Positions 10,007 to 19,636 of a stretch of DNA of 64,000 nt are shown here, one piece after another. Location: IMG/VR virus record IMGVR_UViG_3300034524_000084, positions 33,781-97,780 of that record; one strand, 5' to 3'. The DNA comes from a virus. The notes under the pieces are model-generated. The model ran no database searches. It had not been told where the DNA came from and saw nothing but the letters and a program-made list of their open reading frames with translations. A program made the translations under genes and the position numbers. Every line of letters begins with the position of its first letter. The stretch's first letter is position 1.

Positions 10007-11098
10007 TTGATGTATAAGTATCCGCTTGGATTAACACAACAGTTTAGGTTTTGTGGAAATCCATTTAGAATAGATACATACAAAGGTTGTGATTTTGGAT
10101 GTTTGTATTGTTATGCAAATACCAGAAAGGGTAATTATAAAAATACATTTGATATAGCGGATTTTAATGTGATAGAAAGTATGTTTAAAAAAGCGTTTGA
10201 ATCTGATAGAGAATATTCTAATATTAATATTGAATTATTGAGGCATAAAGTTCCCCTACATTTAGGGGGAATGTCTGACCCTTTTCAAAGAAGAGAATGG
10301 AAATACGGACTTACTTATAAATTATTAGAGTTAAGTAATAAATATAAATATCCTATAATTATTTCTACTAAAATTGCTAATTTACCTCAAAAATATTGGG
10401 ATATATTAAATCCAGAAATTCATGCTTTTCAAATTAGCTTAATGGGATACAATGAGAATTTTGTTAGAAAATATGAAATAAATACCCCAACACCCCAAGA
10501 AAGAATTGAATTCATAAAATTGTTAAAATCAAAAGGATTTTGGGTAGGACTAAGAATACAACCTTTAATTGATATTGATGAAGCTATATTATTAATCAAA
10601 AATGTTGAGCAATACAATATTAACTATATCACTATTGAACATCTGAAAATTCCAGTTGATAATAAATCAACAAGGAAACTATTTGATGATGTTTTTAAAA
10701 AATATAATTTTTATAAACCTAAACAAGGTAGAGCATATGAAATACCAAGAAATATAAAGATAGAAAATATAAATAAAATTAAATCAATTACAAATATACC
10801 AATAGGTGTTGGCGATAATGATTTACATGAGCTTACTGATACAAGAAACTGTTGTGGAATTGACACAATTAATAAAAACTTTAATAATTGGCTTAAATAT
10901 AATTATACTTATTTTGCTACAGCTAAAGGGACAGAAAATAAAAAAAATATATGGTATCCACAAAACAATTGTAGGTTTGTTTTGAATAGTGCTGACAGAG
11001 GAAGTAAAGATTTTAAAACAGTAAAGGATTATGTAGATTATTATTGTGAAACTTTTCAATATAGTGTTTTTAAAAGCAACCAAAATAATTCTCAATAA
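10007..11098 (+). CDS. radical SAM protein (spore photoproduct lyase-like)
   Basis: DTYKGCDFGCLYCYA CxxxCxxC; GGMSDPFQ, ISTK, LRIQP. Confidence 0.85.
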   Translation: MMYKYPLGLTQQFRFCGNPFRIDTYKGCDFGCLYCYANTRKGNYKNTFDIADFNVIESMFKKAFESDREYSNINIELLRHKVPLHLGGMSDPFQRREWKYGLTYKLLELSNKYKYPIIISTKIANLPQKYWDILNPEIHAFQISLMGYNENFVRKYEINTPTPQERIEFIKLLKSKGFWVGLRIQPLIDIDEAILLIKNVEQYNINYITIEHLKIPVDNKSTRKLFDDVFKKYNFYKPKQGRAYEIPRNIKIENINKIKSITNIPIGVGDNDLHELTDTRNCCGIDTINKNFNNWLKYNYTYFATAKGTENKKNIWYPQNNCRFVLNSADRGSKDFKTVKDYVDYYCETFQYSVFKSNQNNSQ

Positions 11099-11147
11099 TT
11101 ACACATAAAAATAATAATGATTTACAAAAAATAAGGAGGTAATTTGC

Positions 11148-11456
11148 ATGACAGCAAATGAATATATGGAGAAATTATATTATGCTTTGCTTAAATACTT
11201 CGATAATGCAAATAAACCAGTTATATCTCCACGTGGGGGATTACTAGAAACAAAGAATGTATACGAGGGCAAAGAAGGATGTTTGAGATTAGCAAGAGAA
11301 TTTGGATATGGATTAAAAGATTACCCCGAAAAGGAAAGATTGGATGCAGCACAATCAAGTTATAGTTATTTATGTGTGCGAATATATAATTTTAAACCTC
11401 CTGTTTCTGCTAAAGAATGGATTCAAGAAATAATGAAAACATGGGAAGATAAATAA
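11148..11456 (+). CDS. hypothetical protein
   Basis: AGGAGG RBS, 102 aa ORF. Confidence 0.7.
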   Translation: MTANEYMEKLYYALLKYFDNANKPVISPRGGLLETKNVYEGKEGCLRLAREFGYGLKDYPEKERLDAAQSSYSYLCVRIYNFKPPVSAKEWIQEIMKTWEDK

Positions 11457-11491
11457 CACATAAAAATAATAAAAATTTTTAAAAAAAACTC

Positions 11492-11519
11492 TTGACAAAG
11501 AAAAAATGTGTGGTATAAT
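11492..11519 (+). promoter_or_regulatory. sigma-A promoter for cas12f
   Basis: TTGACA-16 nt-TATAAT with extended TG and A-rich UP element. Confidence 0.8.
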
Positions 11520-11609
11520 ATAAAATGTAAGCGTGAGGTGAATACAATGGATACGAGTTAAAAAATTTATTTTAAACGTACATAATAATAATAATAAGGG
11601 GTATGGTAA

Positions 11610-12983
11610 ATGGCAAAAAGAAAAAAAGAAAAAAGAACTATTATTAAAACACTAAAACTTGAATTGGTAGATGTTCTAAATTATCAACCACCTATTTCAA
11701 CAGATGAAAAAGAATATACAAAAAAAGAAAAAGAAAGAATGCTTAAAAAAGAACTTAGAGATTTACAAAAAAGAATAGCGCAAACTAGCAATTATATTAT
11801 GCGTGAATATTTTTTATGGGAATTGCGAAAAAATGCAGCTTCTAAAAATGGCATTGTGCTTAATGAAAAAGAAGAATTGGGTACCACACTTCAAAACAAA
11901 GGGTATAGAATCGCAGCTGAAACTTTGAAAGGATTGAATACAAGTAATATATCTGCTTTAACATCGTGGTTATGGGAAAATTGGAAGAAAGCCCGAAAAA
12001 GAGTATTGAATGGTAGTATAAGCTTGCCATCTTATGGTAATAAACAACCAATACATATTAATGGTAAAAATTATAAAATAATAGCATATAAAAATAATAA
12101 TGAGTATATAATAGAAATAACATTTTTAAGTCCTTCTGAAAAAAGAAATCGCACATTAAAATTTGTTACTGCAAAACAAGACAAATATCATCAAGATATT
12201 ATGAACAAAATATTAAATGGCGAATACAGACAAGGCTCAGCACAACTTATTTTAGAAGATAATCCTAATAAAAATTTAAGTGCACAAAAAATATTTTTTC
12301 ATTTTAATTATGAATTTATACCAAAACAAAAAGAAGAAATATCTGACAGAATTTTAGGAATTGATTTAGGGCTGAAAAATGTGATAGCGATGCAAGTTTA
12401 TGATCCACAACATCAACAATTTATAAGTCTTGATAATAATGAGTGCGTGATAGATGGTTTAGAACTAGTTATTTACAGAAATAAAATAGAAGCTTTAAGA
12501 AATAAGATAAGTAAAGCAACAAAATGGAAGGGGAAAGGTAATGTAGGTCATGGTTACAAAAAAAGAAATAAAAATGTATTAAATATACGCAAGAAAATTT
12601 CTAACTTTAGAAAAACTTATAACTATAAATTAGCTAAATATATAATTGATTTTGCATTAAAGTATCAATGTAAATATATTAAAATGGAAAAATTAACAAG
12701 ACATGGGTTTAGTGATACATTACTTCAAAATTGGACATTTAATGATTTGCAAAACAAGATAAAAAATAAAGCTAAAGAAAATGGAATTGAGGTTTTATTT
12801 GTTGAACCGCAGTATACTTCTCAACAATGCAGCAAATGTGGATATATAGATAAGGAAAACAGGGAAACAAGGGATAATTTTAAATGTAAGAAGTGCGGTT
12901 TTGAAATAGATGCTGATATAAATGCAGCACGAAATATAGCACTTTCGGAAAAAATTATTAAAGAAGATGATGATGATGAATAA
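11610..12983 (+). CDS. cas12f: Cas12f (type V-F, AsCas12f1-like) RNA-guided nuclease
   Basis: RuvC D/E/D intact (GIDLG, KMEKL, DADINAA), CxxC..CxxC zinc finger, AsCas12f1-like blocks (LNGSISLPSY, KILNGEY, GHGYKKR, LQNWTFNDLQ); adjacent CRISPR array. Confidence 0.88.
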   Translation: MAKRKKEKRTIIKTLKLELVDVLNYQPPISTDEKEYTKKEKERMLKKELRDLQKRIAQTSNYIMREYFLWELRKNAASKNGIVLNEKEELGTTLQNKGYRIAAETLKGLNTSNISALTSWLWENWKKARKRVLNGSISLPSYGNKQPIHINGKNYKIIAYKNNNEYIIEITFLSPSEKRNRTLKFVTAKQDKYHQDIMNKILNGEYRQGSAQLILEDNPNKNLSAQKIFFHFNYEFIPKQKEEISDRILGIDLGLKNVIAMQVYDPQHQQFISLDNNECVIDGLELVIYRNKIEALRNKISKATKWKGKGNVGHGYKKRNKNVLNIRKKISNFRKTYNYKLAKYIIDFALKYQCKYIKMEKLTRHGFSDTLLQNWTFNDLQNKIKNKAKENGIEVLFVEPQYTSQQCSKCGYIDKENRETRDNFKCKKCGFEIDADINAARNIALSEKIIKEDDDDE

Positions 12984-13000
12984 ATAGTACCTTGAAAATA

Positions 13001-13076
13001 AAATACGAGGTGTTTCCACACCTCAAGCCGAGTTCGCCATTCTCGGCAATCCCTCATAGTAATAAAACAAAATGGC
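13001..13076 (+). ncRNA. putative tracrRNA
   Basis: Anti-repeat TCCCTCATA (13050-13058) and TAAAAC (13063-13068); hairpins 13007-13024 and 13027-13047; TTCCA (13014-13018) complements the repeat 3' TGGAA; ends approximate. Confidence 0.75.
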
Positions 13077-13176
13077 TGTCGTCGATCCCTAAAGGGTTTT
13101 GCATTATTGTACATCGACGACAAAAAAGAGGATACATAACCTCGGAAATACAAGAAATATCGGTGTTTCAAAACGG
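13077..13176 (+). promoter_or_regulatory. CRISPR leader
   Basis: TGTCGTCGAT/ATCGACGACA inverted repeat (13077-13086/13113-13122) and AT-rich stretch directly before repeat 1. Confidence 0.65.
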
Positions 13177-13407
13177 GTTTTAATATAACATATGAGGGAA
13201 TGGAATATAAAGGATATACTAATATATCTAATTCATTTATTTGTTTTAATATAACATATGAGGGAATGGAATCTGCTTTTCTGACTCTACCTATCATGTT
13301 TTCAATCCCTCGTTTTAATATAACATATGAGGGAATGGAATGATGGTAGCAGGGTAAAATATAGAAACCTTGAAAGAGTTTTAATATAACATATGAGGGA
13401 ATGGAAT
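13177..13407 (+). CRISPR. CRISPR array, 4 identical 30-bp repeats, 3 spacers (36, 39, 36 bp)
   Basis: GTTTTAATATAACATATGAGGGAATGGAAT at 13177, 13243, 13312, 13378. Confidence 0.97.
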
Positions 13408-13421
13408 AGGGAGGTGTTCTC

Positions 13422-14114
13422 TTGATAAAAATAGATAATATCACTATTACCAACCTTGAAAATGCTGTACGTGGAATGAGAAACCCACTTGAAAGCTGGC
13501 ATAAATCTGACAGCTACTATTGTGATGGCAACTGCGAACAATGCAGATTGTATGAACAACTTTGCTGGGCATTAGGTGATAAACCTTACATTTTAGGTAA
13601 TAACGACCACAAGTTAGCTATGACTCTTATAAGAGCAGGCACAGACCACGCAAAGTTTTTAAGACAAATATTTGTGAGTATGGACATTACAGCCCCATTG
13701 TACTGGTGGAAAGAAATGGATACATATAAAATTGGGACAACAACAAATTCCACTTCAACAATGCATAAACTGGGAACAAGATTACTTAAAGAAGAAGACT
13801 TTAGTTGGGACAATGAAGAAGGCGAATTTGAGGATTCTACTTTCAGGCAAAATTATTTACTTGAGCTTAATAGAATGATTTATAAATATCAAGAATATAA
13901 AGCAAAAGGTGAACATGAAAAAGCAAAAAATTTATGGAGAAAAATTGTGCAAGACTTACCCTCGTCATACAATCAAATGCGCACATGGACAGGCAATTAT
14001 GCAGTGTTGAGAAATATATATCATGCACGCAAAAATCATAAACTCAAAGAATGGAGAGATTTTTGTAAGTTTTTAGAAGAATTACCTTATGCAGAATTTA
14101 TAATAGGAAAGTGA
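13422..14114 (+). CDS. ThyX-like (flavin-dependent thymidylate synthase fold) phage protein
   Basis: AVRGMRNP, HAKFLRQI, APLYWWKEMDTY, NSTSTMH, RKNHKLKEW. Confidence 0.7.
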   Translation: MIKIDNITITNLENAVRGMRNPLESWHKSDSYYCDGNCEQCRLYEQLCWALGDKPYILGNNDHKLAMTLIRAGTDHAKFLRQIFVSMDITAPLYWWKEMDTYKIGTTTNSTSTMHKLGTRLLKEEDFSWDNEEGEFEDSTFRQNYLLELNRMIYKYQEYKAKGEHEKAKNLWRKIVQDLPSSYNQMRTWTGNYAVLRNIYHARKNHKLKEWRDFCKFLEELPYAEFIIGK

Positions 14115-14125
14115 GGGTAATATAA

Positions 14126-14368
14126 ATGTATGATGTGTTTAATTTATATAGTCTATATAAAGGATTGAAGGATTATTTAGAAGAAGAAATTCTAAAGTAT
14201 GAAAGTTATATTAAGTACTACAGAGAAAAAATAAAAGAAACACCGTCTGATTCTCCAGAATATGATGAAACAATAGTCAATTTTTGGGAAATGAAGGGAA
14301 TATACAAAGGATTTAAAAATATACTGGGTTTCTTAGAAGAGCTTGAAAAAGAATATTTAAAAAATTAG
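14126..14368 (+). CDS. hypothetical protein
   Basis: 80 aa ORF with RBS. Confidence 0.65.
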   Translation: MYDVFNLYSLYKGLKDYLEEEILKYESYIKYYREKIKETPSDSPEYDETIVNFWEMKGIYKGFKNILGFLEELEKEYLKN

Positions 14369-14378
14369 GTGATTAATT

Positions 14379-14639
14379 ATGTCAAATAAAATTTTAGTTG
14401 AATATAATAATAATAATGATGTTGTTATTGAAATTGGCAGAAAAATAAAACTCAATCTTACTTTACAAGAAGCATATCAACTTTGTAATGAATTAGAAAA
14501 ACTGTTATATGACGAAAAATCTTACTCCGAATTAGAGGATGAGGTATTAGGATTGGAATTGCGAATTAGAGAACTTGAAGACCAATTAAGCAACTATGAA
14601 GAATTGTTAGACACATACAACTATTATCACAACTGGTAA
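14379..14639 (+). CDS. hypothetical coiled-coil protein
   Basis: 86 aa ORF with RBS. Confidence 0.65.
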   Translation: MSNKILVEYNNNNDVVIEIGRKIKLNLTLQEAYQLCNELEKLLYDEKSYSELEDEVLGLELRIRELEDQLSNYEELLDTYNYYHNW

Positions 14640-14730
14640 TTATATGTGCTTTTTAAGGGGGGTGAGATATGGAGTAGCAATTGGGTTTATACACAAAAAC
14701 TAATATAGCAATTATAGGAGGTAGGTTTTA

Positions 14731-17700
14731 GTGCAAATCAAAAAAAGAAATGGTAAATTAGTAGAATTTGATGAGTTAAAAATAATTAGGGCAATTGAAA
14801 AAGCAATGGCAGAAACAAAAGATGGAGTGGATAGATACGTGAGTATGTCTATCGCTAAAAAAATTAAAGAAGAATTAGAAAAACAAGATGAAATTAAAAG
14901 CGTAGAAGATATACAAGATATGGTAGAAGTAGAATTAATGAAAGTAAGACCAGATGTGGCTAAGAAATACATACTCTACAGAGAAAAAAGAGCACAAATT
15001 AGGCAAAATGGTTGGGAGATGACTGATTTACAAAGGGATATATTCAAAAATAAATACGAATACAACAATGAAGGGTTTTTCAATTTTGCAAATAGGGTAG
15101 CAGGTGGCAACGATTATATAGCAAAGTTAATTGTAAACAAAAAATTCTTACCTGCTGGTAGAGTTTTAGCAGGTAGAGGATTGCAAAATAAAGGAATAAA
15201 GGTAACTTATAGTAATTGCTTTATCGCAGGAACAAAGATTATTACTAAACGTGGTTTAATTAATATTGAAGACGTAAAAGTAGGAGATTATGTTTTAACT
15301 TCTGACAATACATGGCAACCAGTTAATTATGTGATGAATAGAGAATATAATGAAGATTTATACAAGATAGAATTTGAGTATGGATTAGAACCCGTTATTT
15401 GTACTGCTAACCATGAATTCTTAGCTACAGATGGATGGGTAAGGGCTGATAGATTAGTAGGTTATCAAATGGATAGAAAATATTATTCTAATGCACACTT
15501 TGTTAAATTGCCCAAACCATCTTTTAAAATACCAGAATTTAAAATAAAATTATCTAATTATATTACCTTAAAAGAAAATCAAAAGATTGAAAAAATGGAT
15601 GATGGTTATATAAGACTAGTCACCGTTAGTAATGGTGGTAATGGTGCAAAAAATGTACCACATTATAGTAACAAAATTAAAGACGAAATAGTTATCAATA
15701 GAGATGTTAGATATTTGTTAGGAAGATGGATAGGAGATGGAAGTACCACAAGGCGAAAAGGGCAAAAAAATCATAGTATTTTTCAAATTGTATTTAATTC
15801 GCAAAAAGAACAAGAGGCTTTGTTAAAGTGCGCTAAAATTATAGAAGATAATTTTGGGATCAAACCATCAATACGAATTAATGAAAAACAGCATACCGCA
15901 ATACTAAGAGTTGAAAATCCATTATTAGCTGAATTCGTGGCAAAGTATATCGGTTTTAATGCCCAAACAAAACGTATTCCTAAAGATTTAATAGGGGATA
16001 TGGATGTAATTATAGGAATTATTGATTCAGATGGCACTCTGACAAAAATGGGGAATATTTCTTTAGTATTCAATAATAAAGAATTATTAGAAGATATTAG
16101 ATTATCTTTGGCTTTAAATGGTATATATACAAAAGAACCCCAAAAAATTAAACAATCCATGTCTAACACTTATAGAACTTACTCGGCTTACAAGATACTA
16201 ATCCCGACACCTTTTGTGAAACACTATCTTATAGATAAAATTAATAAAAAATACGAAGATGACAGAGTGGAACATATAAAAAATGAGACACTAAAAAGAG
16301 GTACGTTTTATAAAATTGTTGATGGTAATATCTATACTATTGTAAAAAATATCACAATATTAAAAAATAATAAAATCACTGTGTATAATCTCTCAGTGGA
16401 AAATAATCATACGTATACAGCGAATGGGGTGGTAGTCCATAATTGTTATGTCATTCCCGCTCCTGAGGATAACCTTGAATCAATATTTGATACTGCAAAA
16501 TATTTAGCGAGAACATATAGCTATGGTGGTGGCTGTGGAATTGATATATCAAAGTTAAGACCTAAAGGTGCAAAAGTAAATAATGCAGCTAAAGAAAGCA
16601 CTGGAGCAGTTTCATTTATGGAGTTATTTTCTACTACAACTGGATTGATAAGTCAAAAAGGCAGACGTAGGCAATAAATATTGCCTCCGAAAATGCATTG
16701 CATAGAGTAGGAGGATGTTAATGATACAAAAAGAGATTTTAGAGGAATATCTCAAACAAGGAATAAGTTTAAGAGGAATTGGGCGAATTACAGGGTATAA
16801 TCATAGGACTTTAGGATATTGGGCAAAAAAATACCAACTTACTCATCTAATAAAGCCTAACCATATAAAATATAAGGATGAGCATTATTTCCAAAAAATA
16901 AACACTAAAGAAAAGGCATATATTTTAGGTTTTATATTGGGCGATGGATATATAAGCGATGAAGCCATACAAATAAGTATAAAACTAAGTGACAGAGAAA
17001 TACTTGACCTTATAGCCGATGAACTTGGCGCAAGGCTAATAATTGACGAGCGAACCAATAAAAAACAAAAAAAATACCCTTCAGCGGAAATTAATATAGG
17101 AAACAAATATATAGTGAAAGATATACTTAGATTAAGTGGAGGCAAACTCAAACAAGATAGGCATATACCAATTATTTCACCAAAATTGGAAAATTATTTG
17201 GTACAAGGATTTTTTGATGCTGAAGGAACTATAACTTGGGGACACCGAAAAGATAGGGATAGAATTTGGCACAAAGTAGCATTTATTTCACAACTCAAAA
17301 TGTTGGAAGGTATCCAAAATATACTTATTAAAAATGGTATTCCTACTAAAATTAGACCAAAATCAGACGGTAATTGTTATGTGATGGAAATTGCTAATAA
17401 AGAGATGGTTTTAAAACTGATGGAGTATATTTACCAAGACAAAGAATTTATTATCTTAAAACGAAAATACCAAAATTATCAAGCCCTGCGTCTTGAATTG
17501 GGTGAAGTCGGTGGAGCCTAAACATACCTTATGGTATGCATGGTAACACCGAGCCAAGCCTACCGAATGGCTCTTAGGGTAGGTAGGAAGGTGTAGAGAC
17601 TATGGGGTGAGGAAGCCTACCAATAATCCTCAATAAGCGCCCAAGCCCTTATACATTTTGTATAGGGGTAAGATATAGTCCAACCCACGTGGAAACACGT

Positions 17701-19101
17701 GGATTATTGGGGGCATTAATGATAAGTATAGATTGCCACCACCCAGACATTATAGATTTTATTAACATAAAAAATGATTTGACTAAAGTTACTAAAGCAA
17801 ACATCTCAATAAGAGCAACAGATGATTTTATGCAAGCAATAAAAAATAATGAAGATTTTGAGTTATTTTTTGAAATTCCTGAAACTGGCGAAAAAATATC
17901 TAAAAAGGTCAGAGCAAGAGATTTATTATATGAAATAGCTAAATCAAACTGGAATATGGGAGAGCCAGGATTTTTGTACTGGGATAGAATTGAGAAATGG
18001 AATTTATTATATGGCAATAAAGAATTTAAATTTGGGGGAGTAAATCCGTGTGGTGAAGAGCCTCTCCCAGACTTCGGCTCATGTAATCTTGGTAGTATGA
18101 ATTTATCTGAATATGTAGTTAAACCATTCACAAAAGAAGCTTATTTCGATTTTGATAGCTTTGCAAGAGATGTAAAAGAAGCAGTTGTCTATCTCAATGA
18201 AATACTTGATGAGGGAATGTATTTACACCCACTGAAAGAACAACAAGAAGTAGTAAGAGATTGGAGACAAATTGGGTTGGGCATCATGGGGCTCGCAGAT
18301 ATGTTTATAAAATTAGGTATACGCTATGGTTCACCAGAATCATTAGAATTGGCAGATAAAATAGGTTATGTAATGATTAATGCAGCTATGCAACAATCGG
18401 CACTACTTGCAAAGGAATATGGCACATATCCTAAATATGACAAAGAAGCAACTTTATCATCACCTTTTTTCCAATACAATGCTGATGAAGTCACAAAAAC
18501 ATTGGTTGAGAAATATGGATTAAGAAACAGCCAGCTCCTTACAATTGCTCCTACAGGCAGTATTTCCACTATGCTTGGTGTATCAGGAGGTATTGAACCC
18601 ATTTTTGAGATATCTTATACGAGAAAAACTGAAACACTGAATGGTACTGAAAGCTATTATAAAGTATATACACCAATTGTTGCAGAATATATGAAATTGT
18701 ACAATTTAAAATCAGGAGAAGAATTACCTGACTATTTTGTTACAGCAATGACAATTCCATATCAAGAAAGAATAAAAATGCAGGCAGTATGGCAGAAACA
18801 TATTGATGCAAGTATATCATCAACTGTAAATCTTCCCGAAGAAACTGCAATAGAAGACATCATGAATATTTACATGATGGCTTGGGAAGAAGGATTAAAA
18901 GGAATTACAGTATTTAGAAATAATTGTTTTAGAACAGGAATATTACTTACAGAACCACCTAAAACACAACAAACACAACAAGAAACAAAAAATACAAATT
19001 TAGAAGAAGAAGATAAATGTCCAATCTGTGGTGGCAAATTAAAACATATAGGTGGATGTACTGAATGTGAAGATTGTGGTTGGAGTGCTTGCTCAGTTTG
19101 A
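14731..19101 (+). CDS. nrdJ: class II (B12-dependent) ribonucleotide reductase; exons 14731-16668 and 17710-19101; contains an intein
   Basis: ATP cone, FLPAGR, SN|CY, spliced SQKGRR-GALM, NPCGEEPL, TIAPTGS, LKGITVFR; about 700 aa after intron and intein removal. Confidence 0.92.
15217..16443 (+). mobile_element. intein (409 aa) with LAGLIDADG endonuclease in NrdJ
   Basis: Starts CFIAGTKI, has CTANHEF block B, LGRWIGDG/GIIDSDG, ends VVHN followed by Cys+1. Confidence 0.93.
16669..17709 (+). mobile_element. group I intron in nrdJ
   Basis: Core elements GGTAACACCGAGCCAAG, GAAGGTGTAGAGACT, AAGATATAGTCC; terminal G at 17709; removal restores GRRGALM. Confidence 0.88.
16715..17521 (+). CDS. intron-encoded LAGLIDADG homing endonuclease
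   Basis: KAYILGFILGDG and LVQGFFDAEG motifs; N-terminal HTH-like segment. Confidence 0.88.
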   Translation: MLMIQKEILEEYLKQGISLRGIGRITGYNHRTLGYWAKKYQLTHLIKPNHIKYKDEHYFQKINTKEKAYILGFILGDGYISDEAIQISIKLSDREILDLIADELGARLIIDERTNKKQKKYPSAEINIGNKYIVKDILRLSGGKLKQDRHIPIISPKLENYLVQGFFDAEGTITWGHRKDRDRIWHKVAFISQLKMLEGIQNILIKNGIPTKIRPKSDGNCYVMEIANKEMVLKLMEYIYQDKEFIILKRKYQNYQALRLELGEVGGA

Positions 19102-19158
19102 GCAAGTGCTACCCCACCCAATTAAATAAAATTAGTATTTTAAAAGGAGGAATTTGTT

Positions 19159-19590
19159 ATGCTAAAAATTAAAATTAAATACTTTGATGATAAACTTGAA
19201 AGAATTAAAAAAATAGAAATTGGTAACTGGATTGATTTAAGAGCTGCTAAAGATGTAAAACTTAAAGCAGGAGAGTTTGCATTAATCCCACTAGGGATTG
19301 CTATGGAATTACCTGAAGGATATGAAGCTCATGTAGTACCACGTTCAAGCACCTTTAAAAATTTTGGTATTATCCAAACAAATAGTATTGGGATAATTGA
19401 TAATTCCTATTCAGGAGATAACGACCAATGGTTTTTTCCTGCTTATGCTTTAAAGGACACAGAAATACATTTTAACGATAGAATTTGTCAATTCAGAATA
19501 GTACCAGTTATGCCAGAAGTAGAATTTATCGAGGTAGAACACTTAGACAATGAAGATAGAGGTGGGCATGGCAGTACAGGAATTAAATAG
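19159..19590 (+). CDS. dut: dUTPase (trimeric)
   Basis: [28 protein letters not shown]. Confidence 0.95.
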   Translation: MLKIKIKYFDDKLERIKKIEIGNWIDLRAAKDVKLKAGEFALIPLGIAMELPEGYEAHVVPRSSTFKNFGIIQTNSIGIIDNSYSGDNDQWFFPAYALKDTEIHFNDRICQFRIVPVMPEVEFIEVEHLDNEDRGGHGSTGIK

Positions 19591-19636
19591 TGGGAGGTAT
19601 TTCCTCCCTTTATTATAAATACAAGGAGGTATCTTT

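Noticed and set aside
11610-12983. Ordinary IS-borne TnpB
   Set aside because: No IS end hairpins like those at 23.7/25.0 kb; has anti-repeat, leader, array and AsCas12f1-like blocks.
11610-12983. Nuclease-dead Cas12f regulator system
   Set aside because: All three RuvC acidic residues are present and no adjacent sigma factor is seen.
12992-13183. 63-aa ORF between cas12f and array
   Set aside because: Covers tracr and leader and runs into repeat 1; no RBS.
12821-13453. 210-aa - strand ORF with repeated SIPSYVILK
   Set aside because: Translation of the CRISPR repeats, antisense to cas12f; not a gene.
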